Of a stretch of DNA of 64,000 bases, positions 28,317 through 37,863 are shown one piece after another. Location of the stretch: NCBI GenBank assembly GCA_045606105.1, contig JAZURI010000002.1, forward strand, positions 1 through 64,000, in the 5' to 3' direction. This DNA comes from Spirochaetia bacterium. GTDB taxonomy: Bacteria; Spirochaetota; Spirochaetia; CADAEX01. Each line of letters opens with the position of its first letter. The stretch's first letter is position 1. A program made the translations under genes and the position numbers. The notes under the pieces are model-generated. The model ran no database searches and was not told the DNA's origin. It was given only the letters and a program-made list of their open reading frames with translations.

Positions 28317-30246
28317 CCAGCTCCATATCGTCGAAAATATCGGCCAGTCTGAAATTCATGAAGCCTGACTGCTCAGTGCCGGCAATATCTCCGGGACCCC
28401 TCAGCTTCAGGTCTCTTTCTGCTATCTCAAAGCCGTCATTGGTCTCCTTCATTATCCTGAGACGCTCCTTTGCATTGTCTGTAAGCTCTTCGGAAAATAC
28501 CAGGAATGTGTATGCCTGAAGCTCTGAGCGGCCCACACGCCCTCTCAGCTGATGCAGTGACGAAAGACCGAATCTTTCAGCATGCTGGATAACCATGCAG
28601 GTGGCACTCTTTACATCAACCCCCACCTCCACCACGCTGGTGGCTATGAGAATATGGGTTTCGCCTCTGGAGAAGCTTTCCATTATACTTTCCTTCTCCT
28701 CATCCTTCATTCTGGAATGGATAAGGGCACACCTGTAATCCCTGAAAACCTCATTCTGCAGTATACCGTACATTTCCGTGGCATTCCTGAGATCAAGCTT
28801 ATCTGAATCCCCGATGAGAGGATACACAAAGTAGGCCTGATGACCTTCCTTAAGCTCCTTCTTCACCCAGTCGTATATCTTTCCTTCGTTTCCCTCTTTT
28901 ACGGTATATGTAATTACCGGTTTTCTTCCCGGCGGCATGGTTCTGATGGTTGATATGCTGAGCTCTCCGAAAAAAGCCATTTCCAGAGATCTTGGAATAG
29001 GGGTGGCCGACATCATTATATAGTCGATATTTTTTCCCTTTTCAATAAGGGATGAACGCTGAATGACACCGAAACGCTGCTGCTCATCAATGATGACAAA
29101 TCCCAGGTTCCTGAAAATCACATTTCCGGAAAGGAGGGCATGGGTACCAATAAGAAGATCTATTTCACCGTCGGCCAGGGCCTTCAGCAGCAGCTCCTTT
29201 TTCTTTGCCGGAAGCTTTCCCGACATGAAGCCAAGCCTTACACCGGATCCCTCAAGAAGCCGGGCTGCATTCTTTATGTGCTGTTCTGCCAGAAGTTCGG
29301 TAGGGGCAATAAATGCACACTGCATTCCTGCCTCGATATAAGGGAGAGCAGCAAGGAAGCCTACAATAGTCTTTCCGCAGCCCACATCGCCCTGTACTAT
29401 CCTTGCAGTGCATTCCTCTCCCAGGGAATCGGCATAGATACGGTCGATAACCTCAATCTGGTCATCGGTGAGCCTGAAGCTGAGACCTGAGGCAACCTTT
29501 CTCTGAAGATTTCTGGGAAAAGTCCGTTTTTCCTTTCTCCGGGATTTTCTTTTTTCCACAGCCTCCCTGACATTCTGCTGAAACAGGTAAAGCTCCTCAT
29601 ATTTGAGGGTTCTGACAGCACGCTCCAGCTTTTCCCTGTTTTCCGGAAAATGGATATTTTTCAAAGCTTCGCTGCGGTTCATAAGACCGTTGAGCTCCAT
29701 TAGCTTTGCCGGAATCCTGTTTTGGGAATATCTTCCCGAAATTTCCAGGGCCTGATAAATGGTTTTTCTGAGGAATTTTTCCGTAAGCTTTCCGCTGAGG
29801 GGATAGACCGGAAGAATCCTGCCGAAGCTTAAAGGATTTTCCGAAAAGTATTCGTAATCAAAGGTGGAACACTGGAGCTCGCCGAATTTAAGGTTGAATA
29901 CACCCGACAGGAAAATTTTCTGTCCCACCGGAAGGGCCTTCTCAAGAAAGTTCCGTCCGAAGCATATCAATGTACCGGTTCCGGTATCGTCCTTTACATT
30001 GATTTTCAGTGTCTGCCTGTATCTGTTCTGGCCGAAGAACTGATGCCCCGTAACAACACATACTGTATTGACCCTGATATTGGTGGTTCCGAATCTGTAA
30101 GCTTCACCGAAAGGGACTTTTTTCTCACGGAATTCATAATCCCTGGGAAAATAGGCGAGGAGTTCGTCAATGGTATTGATCCCGACTCTTTTAAGCTCCT
30201 TCAGAGAGGCTTCTCCGACCCCTTTCAGTGAATTCAGACCGGCCAT
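28276..30246 (-). CDS. recG: ATP-dependent DNA helicase RecG
   Basis: QGDVGCGKT, PTELLAEQH, DEQQRFG, SATPIPRS, HQLRGRVGR and RGPGDIAGTEQSG motifs. Confidence 0.95.
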   Translation of the reverse strand: MAGLNSLKGVGEASLKELKRVGINTIDELLAYFPRDYEFREKKVPFGEAYRFGTTNIRVNTVCVVTGHQFFGQNRYRQTLKINVKDDTGTGTLICFGRNFLEKALPVGQKIFLSGVFNLKFGELQCSTFDYEYFSENPLSFGRILPVYPLSGKLTEKFLRKTIYQALEISGRYSQNRIPAKLMELNGLMNRSEALKNIHFPENREKLERAVRTLKYEELYLFQQNVREAVEKRKSRRKEKRTFPRNLQRKVASGLSFRLTDDQIEVIDRIYADSLGEECTARIVQGDVGCGKTIVGFLAALPYIEAGMQCAFIAPTELLAEQHIKNAARLLEGSGVRLGFMSGKLPAKKKELLLKALADGEIDLLIGTHALLSGNVIFRNLGFVIIDEQQRFGVIQRSSLIEKGKNIDYIMMSATPIPRSLEMAFFGELSISTIRTMPPGRKPVITYTVKEGNEGKIYDWVKKELKEGHQAYFVYPLIGDSDKLDLRNATEMYGILQNEVFRDYRCALIHSRMKDEEKESIMESFSRGETHILIATSVVEVGVDVKSATCMVIQHAERFGLSSLHQLRGRVGRSELQAYTFLVFSEELTDNAKERLRIMKETNDGFEIAERDLKLRGPGDIAGTEQSGFMNFRLADIFDDMELVKKIHSDLSMTGC

Positions 30247-30247
30247 A

Positions 30248-30832
30248 TTACAGAGACAGTATGAAATGGTTCAGATACTTTATACCGAAATTACCTGCTG
30301 TAAGGAAAACTGTAAGGACAATAATGAACACCACAAGGTTCAGCGGGTAATTTGTGGATGTATTCTTGAAGAAGATGGAAGCAAACCTGCTGGTTACAGG
30401 AAAGAAGAATGCATCACAGATATTGTAGAACGCATTGGGCTTGTTCTTGTTGGAAGAAAACAGCATAAGGATATATCTGATTGCGGCAAAACAGAGTATG
30501 AAGAACAGAATGGACTGGAAAACGCTCCAGAATGCGATAAGAACAACGGAAAGGACATTCCAGAGTGTGATTTCCTGAAGTTCCCTGATACAACCTATTA
30601 TCTGGTTGATGATAGAGAGGAACATTACCGCAATGAGGGGAGAGAGATCCATGTAGCCGGCTCTTGAAATCTTCAGCTTTCTGATCAGGTTGAGATACGG
30701 CTCTGTAAACATGTTGATCATTGTGACACCTCGGCTCCTGCTGTTAGGGGCAATCCATTTAAGGGCAATATTTACTACTACAAGCATTGTATACAGAGAA
30801 AATATACTTGCAAATAGCTCCAGAATTTTCAA
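30248..30832 (-). CDS. yggT: YggT family membrane protein
   Basis: TEPYL...DLSPL YggT signature in a hydrophobic protein. Confidence 0.8.
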   Translation of the reverse strand: MKILELFASIFSLYTMLVVVNIALKWIAPNSRSRGVTMINMFTEPYLNLIRKLKISRAGYMDLSPLIAVMFLSIINQIIGCIRELQEITLWNVLSVVLIAFWSVFQSILFFILCFAAIRYILMLFSSNKNKPNAFYNICDAFFFPVTSRFASIFFKNTSTNYPLNLVVFIIVLTVFLTAGNFGIKYLNHFILSL

Positions 30833-30841
30833 TTCATCCTC

Positions 30842-33800
30842 CTATTCTTTCCATATATCGGTTATTAAATCTGTCAGCATGGGGTTTTCGGGTAACTCAA
30901 GGTTTTCATTCACCTTAAGCTGGTTTGTTGCCTTGATGACAGTATTGTTGCTTAAATGTAAAAATACGGAACAATGTCCGGTACAGTCAAGAAGATATTC
31001 CCTCAAAGCCGAAAGATTTTCCTCGGTAAACCTGTCCGAAAGCCTGATATGCACCTGATTGTAGGTATGGGCTCCCAGATCCTTTATCTCCTGTACCTTG
31101 TCGCAGAAAAGCTGAACCGATTCCCTGGACTTGTCCAGCTTACCGGAAAATGCCAGAACCTTATCCTCCGCCACCATTCCCAGATGCTCTTTCCAGGATT
31201 TCGGGAACATTACACCGCTTATATCGGCATCAAAGGTGGATATTGTAATTGAAGCCATGTTTTCATGGGACTTCTTGGTGGTAAGAACCTTGATTTCCTT
31301 GACCATGCCGATAACGGTATAGTTTCTTCCTGCCGAAGCATGCTCAAGATCCAGTACATTCAGCGTGGTATATTTTTCATAATCGCTTCTGTATTTATCC
31401 ATCGGATGACCGGATGCGTAGAAGCCCAGCTTGTCCTTTTCCTGCTCAAGCCTTTCCTTTAAATCCCAGTCCGGAATTTCCTCCATGGCAGGAGGCTGCA
31501 TTGCGCTGTCTTCCTCTCCGAAAAGGGACATCATTCCCATTTTTTCCTTTTCCTGCTCCTCCGCAAAGAAATCGGAAAGCATGTCGGCATTCATTGCCAG
31601 CTTGGCCCTGTTTTTGTCCAGAGAATCGAAAAGACCGGCCTTGATAAGAGAATCGAGAACCCGCTTGTTTACTATACGGAGATCGACTCTTTTAAGGAAA
31701 TCGCAGAAATCCTTGTATGGACCTCCCGAATTTCTCTTGTTAATGATTTCTTCGACAACAGCTCCCCCTGTATTCTTGATACCCTGTATGCCGTAGATGA
31801 TCTGTCCCTTGGCTACGGAGAAAAACTTGTCGGAAATGTTGATGTTCGGAGGAAGCATCTTTATTCCCATGTTTCTTACCTCGCTGAGATAAAGCTTGAA
31901 GTTGTCCGGGTTTCCGATTTCATTGGTAAGGTTTGCAGCCATGAATTCGGCAGGGTAGTGCTTTTTCAGATATGCAGTCTTGTATGCAACAACGGAATAG
32001 GCGGCTGCATGGCTCTTGTTGAAGCCGTATTTTGAGAACGGAATGAGAAGGTCGAATATGTCATTTGCCAGCTTTTCGGTATAACCCCGTTCCTTTGCAC
32101 CCGGTATGAATTCATCCTTCATCCTCTCCATATCCTTGACCTTTTTCTTGGACATGAAACGTCTGAGCATGTCGGCCTTACCCAGTGAGAAGCCTCCGAT
32201 CTTCTGTACTACCTGCATTACCTGCTCCTGGTATACGATAACTCCGTATGTGTTTTTCAGGATAGGCTCCAGGTCCATATGTGGATATTTTATCTTTTCC
32301 TTTCCGTTCTTGCAGTTACAGAACTGAGGGATGTTATCCATAGGTCCCGGTCTGAAAAGGGCGTTGAGGGCGATAAGGTCTTCTATGCATGTTGGCTTTG
32401 CATCCTTCAGGATCTTCTGCATTCCGGCACTTTCAAACTGGAATACGGCGGCACTTTTTCCAGCACTGAGCATCTCAAAGGTTTCAGGATCATCCTCAGG
32501 TATGTTTTCGGCAGAGAAATTCTTATCCTTTTTCCTGATAAGAGCCTCACAGTTCTTGATGACATCAAGGGTCTTGAGTCCCAGGAAGTCCATCTTTACC
32601 AGTCCGCAGTCCTCAAGCTTGTCCATGGTGAACTGGGTGGCTATGCTGTTTGCCTTGTCATCCTTGGTTCCCTTGTAGAGAGGCACATAGTCGGAAAGCT
32701 CTGTCTGACCGATTACGATACCGGCCGCATGAAGCGATGTGTTCCTGCTCATGTTTTCCAGGTATTTTGCCTCATTGAAGAGTCTTTCGTAAACTCCGCC
32801 CTGGTTTTTAAGCTCAATAAGCTCCTTGATACCGGCCAGCTCGGGAATCTCCTTCTTTTCGGGATCCTCCCTGAATTTCTGAACCTCGCCCAGAAGTGAG
32901 GCAATCGACATGTTTCTGTCAGCCTTGTCTGGGATATGCTTTATAATATCCTGGGAATCGTTGAAGGAGAGGCCCAGAACTCTTGCCACATCCTTTATTA
33001 CAGCCTTTGGCTTAAGGGTTCCGAAGGTAATGATCTGTCCTACCTTTTCGGCACCGTATTTTCTTGTAACATAGTCAATTACTTCCTGTCTCCCTTCATT
33101 GGCGAAATCCACGTCGAAGTCTGGAAGAGATACACGCTCGGTATTGAGGAATCTTTCAAAAAGAAGCCCGTATTTCAACGGATCGATATCGGTGATTCTC
33201 ATGCAGTATGCAACTATGGAGCCGGCTCCCGAACCGCGTCCCGGTCCTACAGGAATGTCATGCTCCTTGGCATAGTTGATGAAGTCCCACACTATAAGGA
33301 AGTAGCCTACGAAATCCAGCTTGATGATTGTATTCAGCTCATATTCTATTCTTTTTTCTATTTCCGGGGTAATGACAGGATATCTTTTCTTTGCCCCTTC
33401 ATAGACAATATGCTTCATGTAGTCTGTTTTTGTTTCAAACTGAGGCGGAATCTCAAAGTCAGGCAGCTTGGGGCCCGGGAAATTGATGGTAAGATCTGCC
33501 ATCTCCTCAATAAGCTTTGTATTGGATATGGCTTCCGGAACATCTGCAAACAGGCGGCACATCTCCTCCGGCGACTTCATGTAGAATTCATTGTTGTAGA
33601 AGGTCATCCTTTTGGTATCGTTGATGGTAGTCTGTGTACCGATACAGATAAGGACCTCCTGGGCAGAGGCATGTTCCCTGTTGAGATAATGGATATCGTT
33701 TGTTGCTATCAGCGGAATTCCTGTTTTCCGTGAAATCTCTATAAGACCCCTGTTGGAAATCTTTTCCTCGGGAATACCGTGGTCCTGGAGCTCCAGGAAA

Positions 33801-34315
33801 TAGTTCTCCTTGCCGAAAAGATCCCTGTACATCATTGCTTTCTTCAGGGCCTCCTCCGGCTTGTTGTTTATAATGAGCCTGGGAACCGAGCCGGCAATAC
33901 AGGCGCTTGAACAGATTATCCCTTCATGATACTGCTCCAGGGCCTCGAAGTCTATTCTCGGCTTGTAATAGAAGCCGTCCACATAGGCGGTGGAGCAGAG
34001 CTTCATCAGGTTTACATAACCGGTATAGTTCTTTGCCAGAAGTATAAGATGATAATATTTGTTTCCGAATTCAGTTCCGGATTTGATTTTTCTTGAACCC
34101 TCTGCTTCGTAGAATTCACATCCTACAATAGGCTTTATTCCTGCTTTCCTGCACTTGTTGTAGAAGTTTATTGCACCGAACATGTTACCGTGGTCTGTAA
34201 TGGCTATGGATTTCATTCCGAATTCCACGGCACGGTCTACCATGTCATCAATTTTAAGGGCACCGTCCAGAAGCGAGAAGTCAGTATGGTTGTGGAGGTG
34301 TACAAAATCACTCAT
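30842..34315 (-). CDS. dnaE: DNA polymerase III alpha subunit
   Basis: PHP domain (FVHLHNHTDFSLLDG, TDHG), GRGSGAGS, LPDFDVD, KMDFLGL and FNKSH. True start at 34315. No intein visible. Confidence 0.97.
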   Translation of the reverse strand: MSDFVHLHNHTDFSLLDGALKIDDMVDRAVEFGMKSIAITDHGNMFGAINFYNKCRKAGIKPIVGCEFYEAEGSRKIKSGTEFGNKYYHLILLAKNYTGYVNLMKLCSTAYVDGFYYKPRIDFEALEQYHEGIICSSACIAGSVPRLIINNKPEEALKKAMMYRDLFGKENYFLELQDHGIPEEKISNRGLIEISRKTGIPLIATNDIHYLNREHASAQEVLICIGTQTTINDTKRMTFYNNEFYMKSPEEMCRLFADVPEAISNTKLIEEMADLTINFPGPKLPDFEIPPQFETKTDYMKHIVYEGAKKRYPVITPEIEKRIEYELNTIIKLDFVGYFLIVWDFINYAKEHDIPVGPGRGSGAGSIVAYCMRITDIDPLKYGLLFERFLNTERVSLPDFDVDFANEGRQEVIDYVTRKYGAEKVGQIITFGTLKPKAVIKDVARVLGLSFNDSQDIIKHIPDKADRNMSIASLLGEVQKFREDPEKKEIPELAGIKELIELKNQGGVYERLFNEAKYLENMSRNTSLHAAGIVIGQTELSDYVPLYKGTKDDKANSIATQFTMDKLEDCGLVKMDFLGLKTLDVIKNCEALIRKKDKNFSAENIPEDDPETFEMLSAGKSAAVFQFESAGMQKILKDAKPTCIEDLIALNALFRPGPMDNIPQFCNCKNGKEKIKYPHMDLEPILKNTYGVIVYQEQVMQVVQKIGGFSLGKADMLRRFMSKKKVKDMERMKDEFIPGAKERGYTEKLANDIFDLLIPFSKYGFNKSHAAAYSVVAYKTAYLKKHYPAEFMAANLTNEIGNPDNFKLYLSEVRNMGIKMLPPNINISDKFFSVAKGQIIYGIQGIKNTGGAVVEEIINKRNSGGPYKDFCDFLKRVDLRIVNKRVLDSLIKAGLFDSLDKNRAKLAMNADMLSDFFAEEQEKEKMGMMSLFGEEDSAMQPPAMEEIPDWDLKERLEQEKDKLGFYASGHPMDKYRSDYEKYTTLNVLDLEHASAGRNYTVIGMVKEIKVLTTKKSHENMASITISTFDADISGVMFPKSWKEHLGMVAEDKVLAFSGKLDKSRESVQLFCDKVQEIKDLGAHTYNQVHIRLSDRFTEENLSALREYLLDCTGHCSVFLHLSNNTVIKATNQLKVNENLELPENPMLTDLITDIWKE

Positions 34316-34321
34316 AATATT

Positions 34322-34365
34322 ATTATACCATAAAGATTGAAAAATATAAATATTAATTGTATTAT
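34322..34365. promoter_or_regulatory. Interlocked divergent promoters for dnaE (-) and manA (+), both giving leaderless transcripts
   Basis: dnaE: TTTATA-17-(TGG)TATAAT-6-ATG. manA: TTGAAA-17-TATTAT-6-ATG. Confidence 0.7.
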
Positions 34366-34371
34366 TTAAGT

Positions 34372-35511
34372 ATGTCACTGAATCACCTGAAATGCGCATT
34401 CAAAAACTACAATTGGGGCTCCGCTTCAAAAATTCACGGAATAATTGGAATTGAACCCGACGGAAAACCTCTTGCCGAAGTATGGATGGGCAGTCATCCC
34501 GGCGGAATGTGCTATCTCGATACCGATGACGGTACAGTGCTTTCCCTGGAGGATTATGTGGCAAGGAACCCTGAAAAGAGCCTGGGCAGCCGTACTCTCT
34601 CCGGATACGGAAACAGGCTTCCATATCTTTTCAAGCTTCTCTGTATAGAAAAACCATGCTCCGTGCAGGCCCATCCCGACAGAGCCACTGCCGAAAAGGG
34701 CTTTGAAAGGGAGAATCTGGCCGGAATACCTGCCGACAGTCCAGGCCGTATCTTCAAGGATCCCGGATGCAAGAACGAGATGGTTCTGGCCCTTACCCCC
34801 TTTTATCTGATGAACGGTTTCAAACCTGCAGACGAGATAAAAAGGAATTTTCCCGGCTTCATAGATGAGTGCGGCTCCGAAAGCGATTTCTATTCAGCTT
34901 TCCTGAAAAAATTCATCAATTCCGGTTTCGGTGATATAAAAGCAGATCTTTCTTTGCTTGACCCTGTTGAAAGATATATTTTTGACCGGCTTCAGGACTA
35001 TTTTCCCGGAGACCCCTTTGTATATGCTCCGTTTTTCCTGAACTCTGTTAGGCTGGAGCCGGGAGAGGCACTGGCTGTGGGAGAGGGCCAGCTTCATTCA
35101 TATGTGGAGGGAATGTGCTTTGAGCTTATGACCTCTTCAGACAATACCCTGAGAGGGGGGCTGACCGACAAGTACATCAACAAGGAAGAGCTTTATAATG
35201 TTATCCGTTTCAGGGAAGAAAAAAGTAGCATCATCACACCGGTGGTTTCCGGCTGCGAAAGAAGATTCATTCCAGGTTTCGGGGAATTCGCCCTTTCTGA
35301 AATAAAGCCTGGTACAGGGGAATTTGTTTCGGAAGCAGACCACGGCATGGAGATTATCTTTGTATATTCGGGCCGGGGTGTTCTGTGTGCCGGAGATGAA
35401 ACTGCGGAGCTGAACAGGGGAGAGGCCCTTGTGATTCCGGCCGATGCGGGAAGGTATACTATCCGTGGTACCGGAGATCTGGCTGTATACAAGGGAGCGG
35501 TGCAGGCTTGA
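34372..35511 (+). CDS. manA: Mannose-6-phosphate isomerase, class I
   Basis: YNWG, AEVWMGSHP, LPYLFKLL, SVQAHP, LHSY and ELMTSSDNTLRGGLT motifs. Confidence 0.9.
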   Translation: MSLNHLKCAFKNYNWGSASKIHGIIGIEPDGKPLAEVWMGSHPGGMCYLDTDDGTVLSLEDYVARNPEKSLGSRTLSGYGNRLPYLFKLLCIEKPCSVQAHPDRATAEKGFERENLAGIPADSPGRIFKDPGCKNEMVLALTPFYLMNGFKPADEIKRNFPGFIDECGSESDFYSAFLKKFINSGFGDIKADLSLLDPVERYIFDRLQDYFPGDPFVYAPFFLNSVRLEPGEALAVGEGQLHSYVEGMCFELMTSSDNTLRGGLTDKYINKEELYNVIRFREEKSSIITPVVSGCERRFIPGFGEFALSEIKPGTGEFVSEADHGMEIIFVYSGRGVLCAGDETAELNRGEALVIPADAGRYTIRGTGDLAVYKGAVQA

Positions 35512-35975
35512 GACTTTTTGTAGACTGTGATTCATGCCCGGTACAGATAAGGGAGATAATAGCCAGGGCTGCCCTCAGGACCGAAAGCCTCTGTTTTTTT
35601 GTTTCCAACAGGAAAATACCCCACGGAACCAATGCCTTTACCCATGATATAATAGTTTCAGAGGGAAAGGATAAGGCTGACGATTACATAGCAGAACATG
35701 CCCGTCAGTCCGATATTGTCATAACCAGGGATATCCTTATGGCCCAGAGACTGGTTGAAAGGAACATTGATGTTGTAAATGACAGGGGAACAAGATATAC
35801 TTATGAAAACATAAGGGAAAGGGTTTCCCTGAGAAACTATATGCAGGGACTTTTTGAAAACGGTCTGAAGCCTGAAAGTACTTCCCGTTTTTCAAAAAAG
35901 GAAATATTCGAGTTTGCAAACGCCTTTGACCGGCTTCTGTGCTTAAAGCTCAAAGGAGAAAGAAATGAAATTTAG
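35508..35975 (+). CDS. YaiI/YqxD (DUF188) family protein
   Basis: VDCDSCPV, ADDYI and DIVITRDI motifs. Confidence 0.85.
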   Translation: MRLFVDCDSCPVQIREIIARAALRTESLCFFVSNRKIPHGTNAFTHDIIVSEGKDKADDYIAEHARQSDIVITRDILMAQRLVERNIDVVNDRGTRYTYENIRERVSLRNYMQGLFENGLKPESTSRFSKKEIFEFANAFDRLLCLKLKGERNEI

Positions 35976-36867
35976 ATATATGATTCTTATACTGGCAGTG
36001 GCTGCCGTCCTCTCTTCCTGTTCGTTCAAGAAGCTTTCCATGGATGCCAATACTGCTTTCATGGAGGACAACGATCCTGTACTGGTAGGGGATTCACTTC
36101 CTCTTGTACTGAAGATGATGGATATACTGGCCACCTCCAATCCCGGCAATACAAATATTCTTTCCTCTGCCGGAAGCCTTTTTGTCATGTATTCCAATGC
36201 CTATCTCCAGACACCTGCCGACATGCTTCCATATGAAGAGCTGGAAAAGCAGAAGGAGATGTACAGCCGTGCAAAGAAGCTTTACCGCCGTGGATATGAC
36301 TATGTGACAGCTTCCCTTGACAGGAAGTACAAAGGTTTTCTCGACAACATGGAAAAGGGTGATTTTGACAAGGCTCTGAAAAAGGTAAAGAAGAGGGATG
36401 CCGGAGATCTCTACTGGGGCGGAGCCGCAATCCTGGCCGGAGTTTCCGTGGATATACTGGACCCTTACTTTGCATCCGACAGGGATAAGGCAATTGCAAT
36501 GCTTTTCAGGGCCTGTGAGCTTGACCCTGATTTCGGGAACGGCATGCTGGATGAGATAATGATGCAGTACTATGCTTCCATGCCTCAGGGAATGGGAGGC
36601 AGCATGGAAAAGGCTGAATATCACTACAGGAGAGGAATCGAACTTTCGGAAGACAATCTCCTTTCGATTCATGTTTCCTATGCATTGACAGTATGTACAA
36701 AGGATCAGACCATGGAGGGATATTCCCGTTTTGTCTCCGTACTGGATTCCGTAATCAGCCGTGATATCGAAAACAATCCGAAGAACCGTCTTTCCAATAC
36801 CATAAGCAGGGAAAAGGCTGAATGGCTTCTTAAGAACAAGGATAATTATTTTCTTATAGGATTTTAA
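35965..36867 (+). CDS. TPAT transporter T component (TatT, TRAP-associated lipoprotein)
   Basis: Lipobox VLSSC. Helical protein with D.DP.LV.D.LP, YSNAY and MGGS..KA..HY, located upstream of a dctP/dctQM pair. Confidence 0.85.
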   Translation: MKFRYMILILAVAAVLSSCSFKKLSMDANTAFMEDNDPVLVGDSLPLVLKMMDILATSNPGNTNILSSAGSLFVMYSNAYLQTPADMLPYEELEKQKEMYSRAKKLYRRGYDYVTASLDRKYKGFLDNMEKGDFDKALKKVKKRDAGDLYWGGAAILAGVSVDILDPYFASDRDKAIAMLFRACELDPDFGNGMLDEIMMQYYASMPQGMGGSMEKAEYHYRRGIELSEDNLLSIHVSYALTVCTKDQTMEGYSRFVSVLDSVISRDIENNPKNRLSNTISREKAEWLLKNKDNYFLIGF

Positions 36868-36876
36868 GGTGATGAT

Positions 36877-37863
36877 ATGAAAAAAAGGATACTTATACTA
36901 TTAATACTTATTTTTACAGCGGTAAATTCATATTCTGCCACAGTAATCAAGATGGGATCCATTGCCCCGGCAGGCTCCTTATGGGACATGAAGCTGAAAG
37001 AACTGGCCCTGGAATGGAAAAAGATAACCAACGGCGAGGTTGAGCTGAAGCTCTATATGGGCGGTACCGTAGGAGACGAGGACAACATGATCCGTACCAT
37101 GAAAATGGGCGGTCTCAATGCAGGTGCCATGACAGCCCAGGGGCTGAAGGGAATCTCTCCCGACTCCTTTGCACTCTGTCTTCCTTGTATCGTAAGCGAT
37201 GACGACGAATTCGAATATGTTTTTGAGAAAATGAAGCCGACCTTTGAAAAGGCTCTGGAAAAGCAGGGCTTTGTTACTTTAGGATGGGCAATGACAGGGT
37301 GGGTCAACTTCTTTTCAAAAACCCCGGTGGTTTCTCCCGACGATCTTAAGAAAACCAAGATAGCCATTGATACCGACGGAAGGATAAGCAAGATCTGGAC
37401 CGATCTGGGTTTCCATGCCATTCCTCTGGCTTTCAATGACCTGGTTGCAGGACTTTTCAGCGGTATGGCCGATTCCACATACCTTACACCTCTTGCAGCC
37501 TCCTCTATGGGGCTTACAAAGATGGCTCCCAACATGTGCGATTTCAGAATTGCCCCTGTTTACTGTGCCGTTGTAATGGAGAGAAGGGGATGGAACAGGA
37601 TTCCTGCAAAATACAGGGAGAGCCTCAAGGCCAAGACCTCCGAGATAACTTCCCAGCTTTACGATATAATCAAGGTTGATGAAGCCCGTGCCATCGAGGT
37701 AATGAAAGGGGATTCTCTGGTAATCAATGAAGTTCCTGAAGAAGCAAGGAAACAGTGGCTTGCTATCGGCAGAAACGGCAGTGAATATTTTTCAAAGGAG
37801 CTTATTTCTCCAGAAGTTTACGAAGAGATGATGCGTTACGTTGATGAATACAGAAAAAAGTAA
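36877..37863 (+). CDS. dctP: TRAP substrate-binding protein DctP (TatP)
   Basis: IKMGSIAPAGSLW, GGTVGDE and PDDLK motifs, with a signal peptide. Confidence 0.88.
   Translation: MKKRILILLILIFTAVNSYSATVIKMGSIAPAGSLWDMKLKELALEWKKITNGEVELKLYMGGTVGDEDNMIRTMKMGGLNAGAMTAQGLKGISPDSFALCLPCIVSDDDEFEYVFEKMKPTFEKALEKQGFVTLGWAMTGWVNFFSKTPVVSPDDLKKTKIAIDTDGRISKIWTDLGFHAIPLAFNDLVAGLFSGMADSTYLTPLAASSMGLTKMAPNMCDFRIAPVYCAVVMERRGWNRIPAKYRESLKAKTSEITSQLYDIIKVDEARAIEVMKGDSLVINEVPEEARKQWLAIGRNGSEYFSKELISPEVYEEMMRYVDEYRKK

Noticed and set aside
32936-33733. 265-aa ORF inside dnaE, possible intein or overlapping gene
   Set aside because: An antisense shadow. DnaE has normal length (about 1157 aa) and no intein motifs were seen.
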